From a virus (Duplodnaviria; Caudoviricetes), in the IMG/VR virus record IMGVR_UViG_3300028171_000090, positions 128,001-192,000 of that record: a stretch of DNA of 64,000 nucleotides. One strand, written 5' to 3'. The stretch's first letter is position 1, and each line of letters starts with the position of its first letter. Below, piece by piece: positions 38,341 through 47,356 of this stretch. The notes beneath the pieces were generated by a model that worked only from the letters and a program-made list of their open reading frames with translations, was not told the origin of the DNA and made no database searches. The translations under genes were made by a program, and so were the position numbers.

Positions 38341-38748
38341 CTAAAGGACCTGTAGGTCCGACATAGTGTAATAGTGTTTTTCTTCGACTACCTTGAATAT
38401 GATATTCGATTTCTTCTGTTCATACGTGTTGATGACAGATAATCCAAATAATAGAGACTTGTCTCCTGTACGTTGGATAACAATATCATCAAGTTGAATA
38501 TGAGGTAGATAAGTAGAGCAATGGATAGAAAATTGAGTTTTTATCTGTACGATACTCCCCTCAATATCTTTATATCTATAGGATGCTATATCAAAACCCA
38601 TATCAGGATACAACGGATTTGATCCCTTTTTCATCATAAACAGCGTCGCTACTTGTAGCGCATCTGCGTCAACTCCTGATTTCGTTTTGGGTTTATTAAA
38701 TGGGTCTATAGATAAAAGGTGTTCTGTCTGAGGTTTTCTTGGGTCCAC
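38341..38748 (-). CDS. baseplate wedge protein (gp25/W-like)
   Basis: MKKGSNPLYPDMG matches the gp25-type TxKGERPxxPDFG pattern; 135 aa. Confidence 0.6.
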   Translation of the reverse strand: MDPRKPQTEHLLSIDPFNKPKTKSGVDADALQVATLFMMKKGSNPLYPDMGFDIASYRYKDIEGSIVQIKTQFSIHCSTYLPHIQLDDIVIQRTGDKSLLFGLSVINTYEQKKSNIIFKVVEEKHYYTMSDLQVL

Positions 38749-38837
38749 TATCTCACCTCCTTAAATAGTCTATTTAGAATAATTAATATAAAGTTTAGGT
38801 TTTAAGTATTTAAATTCAATATTTACCTATTGCCGTT

Positions 38838-38849
38838 AACAACTAATTA
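38838..38849 (+). promoter_or_regulatory. late promoter AACA-N6-TA
   Basis: AACA ACTAAT TA. Confidence 0.6.
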
Positions 38850-38877
38850 ACCTTATATATAGCAAGGAGGAAACAAT

Positions 38878-40512
38878 GTGGCAAAAGCTAAACGTTGTCC
38901 TAACTGTACGAGCACGTACCCAGAAATTGATGATTTATATGAGCACATAGAAGATAAACATTCAGACGCAATTCCGAAGGGAATGTCTGCTGGTCAATAC
39001 TTCTACTTTACAAAATATCACCGTAGAAGTGGTCAGTGTGTAGTATGCTCAAAAGAAACACCTTGGAATGATAGTACGAATAAACCGTACAGAATATGTA
39101 GTCCAATCTGTCGTAAAACATACCGTGAGAACTTCTTAAATAATATGAGACGAGTACACGGTAAAGACCATCTATTAGATGACCCTGAAGTACAGAAGAA
39201 GATGTTATCAAAACGTTCTATCTCAGGGGAGTACCAATGGTCAAATGGTGCTCGTAAGGGTTATGTCGGCTCTTACGAAAAAGACTTTTTACGTTTCCTA
39301 GATATCTTTATGGGATTTGAACCAGATGATATCCATGCTCCAGCACCTCAGATTATTGAATATGAGTATGAAGGTAAAAAGCACTTCTATATTCCTGACT
39401 TCTACATCGAGAGTATCAATACAATCGTAGAGATTAAAGATGGTGGAGATAATCCAAATACTCACCATAAGATTCAGGATGTGGATAAAGAGAAGGAGAA
39501 AGCAAAAGACGAAGCATTATCTAAAACTGGTCAATACAATTACATCAAGATTGTAAATAAACAGTATGCTTCCTTCATCAAGTTCCTATTAGAATTACGT
39601 AATAGTGACCAAGATGGAAAACGACGAGAAGTATTTCATCCTGTCGTAATGATTAACGAGAATGTACAAGCGTTGCAAGAAAGCGTTGTAGCTCAAAAGG
39701 ATTTATTCCTAGCAATCGTAAAACAGAATGTGCCAGGATTATCTGAAGAAGAATGTGGATGGTCAATCTGGTTCTCATTCGATTGTACATTTGACACAGT
39801 ATATAAATCGTATCCAACTACTGATATGGTTGGAGATAAAACATATGCTTGTGCGAAATTTACTACGGTAGATAAGAGTGCTGTTATTGGTGATGCTAGT
39901 TTCAATATCATGAAACTAAAACAACCAGCATCATTAGACACTCTTTATAAGAAAGTGCAGATGCATATGAATGAACCAATGTTCTATTCTACCGAAGGTG
40001 GGTCTATACCTGGATTAGATATCATTTGGTTATTCGATGATATGCAAGGTGGTCGCTGTTTTGACCATACCGAGAAAAACATTACAAGTTGCAGTCAATT
40101 GATTAATGAATTAAGTCCAGCGTTCCAGTATCTTATGACGGTACCGAACTTAAATACATTTGACTACAATAAGTTCTTGCAAGCAGAATGTTCTGTAATT
40201 TCTGAATCAGTCATGAACATGAATATCGATGAGCTGTACGAGACCTTTATAGGTACACCTGAACAGACTCTATTGGAATCTGATTATGAAGCAATGACTG
40301 CACCTGCACCAGAGGAAGCAGATCACTACGATTCACGTATTGATGAATATGAAAACTATATGGATCATATCGGTAAAACTTCTGGTATGGAACACCTTCA
40401 TCGTTTAGGTGCTAAAATTAAGAATGAGTTCACTGGTTCTGACAATCAACGTGAAGCTCTTATAAGAAGATTGGCTCACCGTAAACAACAATTGGTGAAG
40501 GTTAAAAGTTAA
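38878..40512 (+). CDS. Zn-finger plus PD-(D/E)xK (TnsA/T4 gp4-like) nuclease with C-terminal extension
   Basis: CxxC..H...H, CxxC..CxxxC, HFYIPDFY...VEIK. Confidence 0.6.
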   Translation: MAKAKRCPNCTSTYPEIDDLYEHIEDKHSDAIPKGMSAGQYFYFTKYHRRSGQCVVCSKETPWNDSTNKPYRICSPICRKTYRENFLNNMRRVHGKDHLLDDPEVQKKMLSKRSISGEYQWSNGARKGYVGSYEKDFLRFLDIFMGFEPDDIHAPAPQIIEYEYEGKKHFYIPDFYIESINTIVEIKDGGDNPNTHHKIQDVDKEKEKAKDEALSKTGQYNYIKIVNKQYASFIKFLLELRNSDQDGKRREVFHPVVMINENVQALQESVVAQKDLFLAIVKQNVPGLSEEECGWSIWFSFDCTFDTVYKSYPTTDMVGDKTYACAKFTTVDKSAVIGDASFNIMKLKQPASLDTLYKKVQMHMNEPMFYSTEGGSIPGLDIIWLFDDMQGGRCFDHTEKNITSCSQLINELSPAFQYLMTVPNLNTFDYNKFLQAECSVISESVMNMNIDELYETFIGTPEQTLLESDYEAMTAPAPEEADHYDSRIDEYENYMDHIGKTSGMEHLHRLGAKIKNEFTGSDNQREALIRRLAHRKQQLVKVKS

Positions 40513-40525
40513 CCCTATAATCGGT

Positions 40526-40543
40526 TATACATTATATAGATGA
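40526..40543 (+). promoter_or_regulatory. early promoter-like motif
   Basis: TATACATTAT ATAGA TGA. Confidence 0.6.
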
Positions 40544-40589
40544 TGAAAAACATCAATATACTATTTACATAACCCAGGGGGAATAGAAA

Positions 40590-40967
40590 ATGAAAACAAT
40601 GATCTTAGTAGAACGTAAGCAAGAAGAGAAAAAAGAAGCAGCGTACACAGTGGCTACGCTAGAACAATTAGCAATGGTTGTACATCGTACAATGGATATC
40701 CGATTAGAGGCTTGGAGAGGTACTATTATCGGATTAGGAGTAGAAGAAGATTATGAAGCTGAAAAGCATATCGCTTTAGCAGAAATCCTACAAGGATTAC
40801 AAAGCGTTAAAATACCTGAAAGATATATCTTTACAGCAGCGTCTTCATACGTTCGTAATAAATCGAACGAAGCGGCTGAAAGATTCTATAATGACTTTAT
40901 TAAACATCATGTGGAATTCGAGTGCCAAACAATTCCGTTACGAGTGTTTGGACCATTCCCATACTAA
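40590..40967 (+). CDS. early hypothetical protein
   Basis: Own promoter and terminator (40971-40995). Confidence 0.7.
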   Translation: MKTMILVERKQEEKKEAAYTVATLEQLAMVVHRTMDIRLEAWRGTIIGLGVEEDYEAEKHIALAEILQGLQSVKIPERYIFTAASSYVRNKSNEAAERFYNDFIKHHVEFECQTIPLRVFGPFPY

Positions 40968-41029
40968 TAGATAAAGGAGCTAATCGCTCCTTTATTTTTT
41001 TAATAACTTAAATTGAGAGGAAGATTATA

Positions 41030-42106
41030 ATGATGAATAAATACTATAAAAACTATGCTCCGAGAACACCAAAAGAGATAAAGGCTGATGAGGAGATTAC
41101 AATGAAAACTAGAACTGAAAGTATTAAAAACCTTGCAAGAATTATGCTAGGTGAATCAGCAACTATTCGTGTACATAATACGGATAACTTCCAACGTTAT
41201 TCGTCTACAAATTTTGCATTCGTTATTGGAGATAACGTAAAAGAAATCTTGAGCGAATTCATGTCAGGATTAGATCATGGACGTGCAAGAGTAAAAATTG
41301 TTAACATGGATGCTAATCGAGAGGAAATGAAAAAGTCTCTTAAAAGTATGATGTATAATCCTGATGAAGTAATAGATAAATCGGGTATGACAATGGTAAA
41401 TTTAAATGCGAAATATTTCGTAGAACAATTGGTACATTCATTACCATATCAAGGCGATACATTATATCTTATTGAGGGTGACTGTATGGGTAAAGTTATG
41501 GAACGTGATATGGACTTCTATAAACGATATCCTATCATTGGGTTTGAATCCAATAACCTAGCTGAAAGTGAAGGTCGAGATTTATCCCTAATAGAAGTAT
41601 TTAAAACATTGTGGACAGAAGCTATAGCGAAAGAGCAAGCTAATGTACCATTACAAGAAGTAGGAATTCGTAGCGGTAGAAAGTATGGTGTAAGCATTGA
41701 TGATGAAGGAACGATTCTAATCAAGAAACGTAAGGATGTAGATTTCATGGATGCGTATGCCGCTACACATAAACTCTTAAAAGAGTATCACCGAGCAGGT
41801 AATACAGAAGCGATGAAATATGAATTAGCAAAATTATGGTATATGCTAATCATCATTGAGTCTGAAGTATTATATGTAAAAGGTATGAAGAAGATGCTAG
41901 TATCAGAAGAGAAACAACGTGAAGCCGGTAAAGCTAGATCGTTTATTATCAATGACTTTAAAATGTATCTTCGATACGTATTACAACATGAAAAGAATTT
42001 TAATTTCCAAGAATACTTTAATACAACTCCATTCGGAGAAGATGTAATTAAATTGGATAAAAAGACTATCGATGTATTAAAGAGTTTATTTACAATGATA
42101 TTCTAG
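41030..42106 (+). CDS. hypothetical protein
   Basis: 358-aa ORF with GAGG SD. Confidence 0.7.
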   Translation: MMNKYYKNYAPRTPKEIKADEEITMKTRTESIKNLARIMLGESATIRVHNTDNFQRYSSTNFAFVIGDNVKEILSEFMSGLDHGRARVKIVNMDANREEMKKSLKSMMYNPDEVIDKSGMTMVNLNAKYFVEQLVHSLPYQGDTLYLIEGDCMGKVMERDMDFYKRYPIIGFESNNLAESEGRDLSLIEVFKTLWTEAIAKEQANVPLQEVGIRSGRKYGVSIDDEGTILIKKRKDVDFMDAYAATHKLLKEYHRAGNTEAMKYELAKLWYMLIIIESEVLYVKGMKKMLVSEEKQREAGKARSFIINDFKMYLRYVLQHEKNFNFQEYFNTTPFGEDVIKLDKKTIDVLKSLFTMIF

Positions 42107-42116
42107 GAGGTAGACT

Positions 42117-42428
42117 ATGACACAATTAGATGAACTTATGGAAACTTCAAGATTCATTCATACTGAAATGGACTTGAACCACAAACTAAAACACCTGACT
42201 TCTTATATAGGAAGTCGGGTGTATAGATTTGGAGATGAAATTATTACTCAGATATTCTTTCTTGAAGCTCTTTCGATGAGAGACGATGAAGAAGATTTCG
42301 TGTTACAATTTGTCGAAAACAAAATACCCTATAAAAAGAAACATGACTCGGGTATGGTTTTGGTATATAATATAGATACAAAGAAAGCTGAAAGAATATT
42401 ACGAATTAGAAGACCAGAAAAATATTAG
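42117..42428 (+). CDS. hypothetical protein
   Basis: AGGAGG SD. Confidence 0.7.
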   Translation: MTQLDELMETSRFIHTEMDLNHKLKHLTSYIGSRVYRFGDEIITQIFFLEALSMRDDEEDFVLQFVENKIPYKKKHDSGMVLVYNIDTKKAERILRIRRPEKY

Positions 42429-42439
42429 GAGGAAATAAA

Positions 42440-43063
42440 ATGACAAAATTATATCAATCAAAAAGAAAACCTGAAACAATGGTAGAAGCGATTTGGAAAC
42501 GTCCATTTGAGAATATTCCATTTTTCTACATTTCACCAAAATCAAAAGATGATATTATGAAATTAGAACCTGATAATCGTAATACATTCCTATTTACTAA
42601 TATACATGAAGCAATATTCGATTACATTAATCGCTTTGGGAATGATCATAAATTTGGTACATATTATGTGTACATGTTATCACCTGGTGCTCATATTACA
42701 CATTATATTATGAAGAATACAAATCCTAATGAAGAGTTAAGCTTCTCTTGCCAGATGTTACAACCTGTATTATTAAATTATGTGAAACCTATTCATGTCG
42801 ATGCGATAATAGAACATGGGAAAGAGTTAGTTGATTTAACATTTTCATTCGGATTAAGTCATGAAAGATATGAGTATTCAGAAGTACAACAAAATGTATC
42901 TAGATGGAGAATGGAATTTATGACAGCTAATATAGATAATATAAAAAGACACATAAATACAAAGTATGATAAGACACTTAATAATATTACTAAGCAATCA
43001 TGTGCACTAGCAGAGGTTAAATTTAGAAAAACAATGAAACGATTAGTAAAGGGGAATAAATAA
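42440..43063 (+). CDS. hypothetical protein
   Basis: AGGAGG SD. Confidence 0.7.
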   Translation: MTKLYQSKRKPETMVEAIWKRPFENIPFFYISPKSKDDIMKLEPDNRNTFLFTNIHEAIFDYINRFGNDHKFGTYYVYMLSPGAHITHYIMKNTNPNEELSFSCQMLQPVLLNYVKPIHVDAIIEHGKELVDLTFSFGLSHERYEYSEVQQNVSRWRMEFMTANIDNIKRHINTKYDKTLNNITKQSCALAEVKFRKTMKRLVKGNK

Positions 43064-43064
43064 T

Positions 43065-43697
43065 ATGACTAACTTAGTAAAATCAAATATGTTTGTATAC
43101 ATTACAGATAAACTAGAGCCTAGTATAACGCTAGACTCTTCTTCGTTTTTACATAACTATATTAATCCAGCTCATGCTATGTGCTATAATGGTCCACAGG
43201 ATACATTATACGTATACACGTTAGTAACAGAGCATGACTTTGACTACAATTGTTTGATAGATATAGGCGACCCAGGTTATATGAAACTGATTACAAATGA
43301 ACCTGTAACAGTCGAGCCTAGATATCAGATGGATAGAGGTGTAGGTGGTATATATGCTATCAAACCATTTAAAGAAAAAGTGACTAACCGAGGTCTATAT
43401 TATGATAAATTAACTACTCATATTAATCTTGTATTTGGTAAATTCCGAGGTTACTGTGGGTTAGTAATAACAGATTACTGTGGAGTAACAGGTGCTAAGA
43501 TTACATTTACATTAGGTAACAATGATATCCAATTAGATGACGACCAGATGGCATCGAACCGACTTATAAAAGAATTACGTAAATATTCTCACAAACGTAC
43601 AGACCTAAGAATTTATGTTAAAGATGAATTACTGTGCGTTGATGTAAGTGATATAAAAATAGCTCATCAAATAGAGCGTATGGAAAATATAAATTAA
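43065..43697 (+). CDS. hypothetical protein
   Basis: 210 aa, coupled to upstream gene. Confidence 0.7.
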   Translation: MTNLVKSNMFVYITDKLEPSITLDSSSFLHNYINPAHAMCYNGPQDTLYVYTLVTEHDFDYNCLIDIGDPGYMKLITNEPVTVEPRYQMDRGVGGIYAIKPFKEKVTNRGLYYDKLTTHINLVFGKFRGYCGLVITDYCGVTGAKITFTLGNNDIQLDDDQMASNRLIKELRKYSHKRTDLRIYVKDELLCVDVSDIKIAHQIERMENIN

Positions 43698-43705
43698 AAA
43701 ATAAG

Positions 43706-43723
43706 TATACATTATATTGATGA
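43706..43723 (+). promoter_or_regulatory. early promoter-like motif
   Basis: TATACATTAT ATTGA TGA. Confidence 0.6.
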
Positions 43724-43811
43724 GCAAATGAATATATTATGCTCAATTTAAATCATTGCGCAATGATTTAGACAAAACAAAATTAGACAAATAAGAGGAG
43801 GAGTTTCTATT

Positions 43812-44540
43812 ATGGAACTTAACAAAATTCAATTCAAGGCTAACTATCAAGTAATGACTTTATCTACAAAGGATGTAGAGGTCGCACTAAACAAATCTTT
43901 AGATGGACTTAACCGTTACATGGGTAGCCGCATTATCGTAGCAAACAATCGTTTGATCACACAAATTGCATTCGATGCAAGAACAACGGTTGTAGTGCGT
44001 AACAATATCGCACGTCGAATTGGTGCAGAAAACGCAATCCAATTAGCACCTGAATTAAAAGAAGAATGGATTGGCAAATTAATTCAAGACCCAAGAGTAC
44101 AAGAAACACCGATTCATGAAATGAAGAATCGTATTGTAATTACTCTTGATTCATTATTAGTAATGCAAGCTCTAATCCAAGGTGATGATGATAATAAGAT
44201 TTATCAAATTGGTAACCTTGCTGAGTTAGGAGATAACGTAGGTGCAATTACATTATTCCAATTTGAGAAGGAAGTTGTAAACCGCGTTAAGAACTTAAAG
44301 CCACAAGGCACAAAAGATATGGACGATTACAATTATGACTACAAAGAAAATAATCAAGGTGGTCATAATAACAATAATCAAAACCGTAATCAAGGCGGTA
44401 ACAACAATAACCGCAATCATCACCAAGGTGGAGGAAATCGTAACCATCAAGGTAACCGTAACCAACATCAAGGCGGCGGTAAGAAGTTTGAGAATGGTGG
44501 ACGTCCACAACATAACCAAGGTGGCATGAGACAATACTAA
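43812..44540 (+). CDS. early protein with N/Q/G/H/R-rich low-complexity tail
   Basis: Own early promoter and GAAA-loop terminator (44550-44575). Confidence 0.75.
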   Translation: MELNKIQFKANYQVMTLSTKDVEVALNKSLDGLNRYMGSRIIVANNRLITQIAFDARTTVVVRNNIARRIGAENAIQLAPELKEEWIGKLIQDPRVQETPIHEMKNRIVITLDSLLVMQALIQGDDDNKIYQIGNLAELGDNVGAITLFQFEKEVVNRVKNLKPQGTKDMDDYNYDYKENNQGGHNNNNQNRNQGGNNNNRNHHQGGGNRNHQGNRNQHQGGGKKFENGGRPQHNQGGMRQY

Positions 44541-44623
44541 TAAAACAGGAGAGTAATGGAGAAATCCATTACTCTCTTTTATATTTATTTAAACTTATAT
44601 TTTTTTGGAAAGGGGTCATTCAT

Positions 44624-45001
44624 ATGGCTTGGAAATCTAAGAAAGAATATGTACCAAATTTTGAAGTCGTGGAGAATTGCGGAATCATTGAAGAGAAAGA
44701 AGATTCTAATTGGGGTGTAGCTTTAGCTCGTGTTTCATGGGCAGGTAAACCACCAGCATATGATATCCGTGACTTTAATCTTTCTACTATTGATTTAGAG
44801 AAAGAGAAAGTTCGAATGGGTAAGGGTGTTACTCTATGGGATGATGAATCTATGGATCGTTTAGCACATCTGTTAATCGAGATGGGATTCGGTGACCCAG
44901 ATACAATCGAAGATTTAATAGAGGAACGTAGTTCTTTTTACACTCTAAATGATAAACCAAAGAAGAATAAGAAACGTAAAGTAAAAGCAATTAGACTATA
45001 A
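44624..45001 (+). CDS. PC4/YdbC-family ssDNA-binding protein
   Basis: RVSWAGKPPAYDIRDF...MGKGVTL matches the YdbC signature. Confidence 0.75.
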   Translation: MAWKSKKEYVPNFEVVENCGIIEEKEDSNWGVALARVSWAGKPPAYDIRDFNLSTIDLEKEKVRMGKGVTLWDDESMDRLAHLLIEMGFGDPDTIEDLIEERSSFYTLNDKPKKNKKRKVKAIRL

Positions 45002-45019
45002 GCAAAAGGGGAAATAATA

Positions 45020-46093
45020 ATGATATTCGAACCAATTTTAAATGAGCATAAAATCCGATATGACCTATTACATCAATTTGTAGCAAGTCATTTCAAAGAA
45101 GGAAGAAAGTTAAATATCTATATTAACTTAGATTCTATCTTTAAGAGATTTTATAAACCAGCAACGGTAGAATGTATTCATGATATGAATGAACGAGAAA
45201 AGATGGAAATGACATCAGCGGTAATTAACTTAGTATCTCATTATAGACACTTCTTCTGGAGCTACTATCAAGTACCAACTCGTTTCTATTTCTACTTTGC
45301 AAATCAGGCACCATATATTAATCAACAGTTCCATCCAGGTTATATGGAAGATACCATGGATGCAAAGAGAACCAATCATCCTGATTACGGTGGAGTTAAT
45401 CGTACGATATTATTAAATATGAAATATATCAGTATGATATCTATCTATATCAAAGATTGTTATTGTATTCCGAATAATGGAATTGAGCCAGCATTAGTAC
45501 CTTATCACATCATGAGAAAGGACAAAGACAATACAGATATTTGTCATCTAGTTCTCACGAAGGATGAGTTTGATTATCAGTTATTAAATGCGGCTAAGAA
45601 TACACTTGTATTACGAATGAAGTATCTGGATAGCTATATGATAAATAAAGATGAGATTTATCATGAGCGTTTAAGTAAGATTAAATATCGTCCAGAAACA
45701 CAATTCAATCCGAAACTCTATTCTTTACTATTAGCTTTTAGTGGCGTAAAGTCTCGTAGTATAAAAGCAATTAAAGGATATGGGTTTGTCAATACAATGA
45801 AGAAATTGGACAAAGCATTCCGTGCCGGTATATTACCAAATAAATATATGACAGATATGATGACAGTATGTGATGCTATCGATTTTCTTGAAATGTATGG
45901 AGAGGTAAAGGATCGGTTTACAGCTATTGATTTAAAGACATCTTACAAGATGTTAAGCCCTGGAGCTTTAGAAGGAATCGAGCTTTGTTTGTTAGACCGT
46001 TATGATAACAGCTCTATAATGGAGTTAAACGATACGTACTTTAGAAATAATCCAATCGAATTAATTCGATTAGAAGAAGGAGTCGGTCTTTAA
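45020..46093 (+). CDS. 5'-3' exonuclease/flap-nuclease-like protein
   Basis: N-terminal IYINLDS and late IKGYG (H3TH-like); catalytic set looks degenerate. Confidence 0.4.
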   Translation: MIFEPILNEHKIRYDLLHQFVASHFKEGRKLNIYINLDSIFKRFYKPATVECIHDMNEREKMEMTSAVINLVSHYRHFFWSYYQVPTRFYFYFANQAPYINQQFHPGYMEDTMDAKRTNHPDYGGVNRTILLNMKYISMISIYIKDCYCIPNNGIEPALVPYHIMRKDKDNTDICHLVLTKDEFDYQLLNAAKNTLVLRMKYLDSYMINKDEIYHERLSKIKYRPETQFNPKLYSLLLAFSGVKSRSIKAIKGYGFVNTMKKLDKAFRAGILPNKYMTDMMTVCDAIDFLEMYGEVKDRFTAIDLKTSYKMLSPGALEGIELCLLDRYDNSSIMELNDTYFRNNPIELIRLEEGVGL

Positions 46094-47325
46094 TGGCAGT
46101 TACATCATTATGTAAATACACGATCGACGACATAGGTATTATATTTGAGGATGGTTCTACAGCAACCATCCTTTCTAATAATATCTCGTCGATATTTATT
46201 GAAAAAGATTACAATGAAAATTTTTTGCCTATTTTGGCTATCAATACAACAATCAGTCCAAAGATACAGGCAAAGATTCGACAGAATCATTCTACTGTCA
46301 AATGTAAAGTGAAGGTGAATCGTTTCCTTGTCCGTAATAATCAAGACATGGGAAATAAGAAGTTCTTAAAGCCTTATATTGATGATGTCTTTAATATTAA
46401 TATAGATGACGTATCACCGATACGTGAGAATCTAGATGATAAGACACCGGGCTATGAGCAATCACCTCAGAAAGATGCTACGAATCTTACACTATATTTA
46501 TTCAAGCAAGCTCATATTGATAAGAATAAACAAAAACTAAACTATATCGTAAATAATGCGACTATAGCAGAGACCTTTACGTATGCATGTAGTGAGGTTG
46601 ATGTAAAGAAACTTTTAATCAGTGATCCGGATAATAATAACATTTATCCACAGATTATTATCCCATCATTTACCCTACAAGGTGTAGCGGATTACTTACA
46701 AAAGGTGTATGGTATTTATAGTAAAGGATACATGATGTTCCATGACTTTGATACCCTATACTTTATTAATAGATATCTAAGATGTACAGCTTGGCGAGCA
46801 GGTGAAATAAAACGGGTATACATTCATGTAAATGAAAAAGATACTCCTGAATATACTGACTTAGGTGGCTGGAGTGATGATAGTGCAAATACATACCACT
46901 TCAATACCAATGCCAAACCTACGATTACAAGTAAAGCAAAAGAGATTCAGGATACGTTATTCGATACCTTACATGTCGTGAATACATGGACGGGTAAAGT
47001 GGATATGCATAAGTTAAATCTACCGATTAAGAATACGAATTCCGTTCATACCTTAAATGATAGATATGATAACCCAATGGCTATCGAAGCCTTTAAGTAT
47101 AGCTTAGAGGAAACAAATACAATTGTGGATATCACTCTAGTCGAGCCTGACTTAGAGATATTGACACCGAATAAAGAATTCTATTTAGATATGAAGTTTA
47201 AGAATACCGCATACAAAGTATATAATAAGATTTATAAACTTCATAAGTTTACAGCAGCATTCCAAAGAACGAGTGGTTCTGAATACTTATCTTGTAATGC
47301 AGCGTGTCAATTAAAAAGCGACTAA
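46093..47325 (+). CDS. baseplate hub-like protein candidate
   Basis: 410 aa; YLQKVYGIY...MFHDFDTLYF recalls gp27-type hubs. Confidence 0.35.
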   Translation: MAVTSLCKYTIDDIGIIFEDGSTATILSNNISSIFIEKDYNENFLPILAINTTISPKIQAKIRQNHSTVKCKVKVNRFLVRNNQDMGNKKFLKPYIDDVFNINIDDVSPIRENLDDKTPGYEQSPQKDATNLTLYLFKQAHIDKNKQKLNYIVNNATIAETFTYACSEVDVKKLLISDPDNNNIYPQIIIPSFTLQGVADYLQKVYGIYSKGYMMFHDFDTLYFINRYLRCTAWRAGEIKRVYIHVNEKDTPEYTDLGGWSDDSANTYHFNTNAKPTITSKAKEIQDTLFDTLHVVNTWTGKVDMHKLNLPIKNTNSVHTLNDRYDNPMAIEAFKYSLEETNTIVDITLVEPDLEILTPNKEFYLDMKFKNTAYKVYNKIYKLHKFTAAFQRTSGSEYLSCNAACQLKSD

Positions 47326-47345
47326 TACCGTAATTGGTATTAGTC
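47320..47345. terminator. terminator between convergent genes
   Basis: 10-bp stem GACTAATACC/GGTATTAGTC. Confidence 0.7.
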
Positions 47346-47356
47346 ATATTTTTTTA

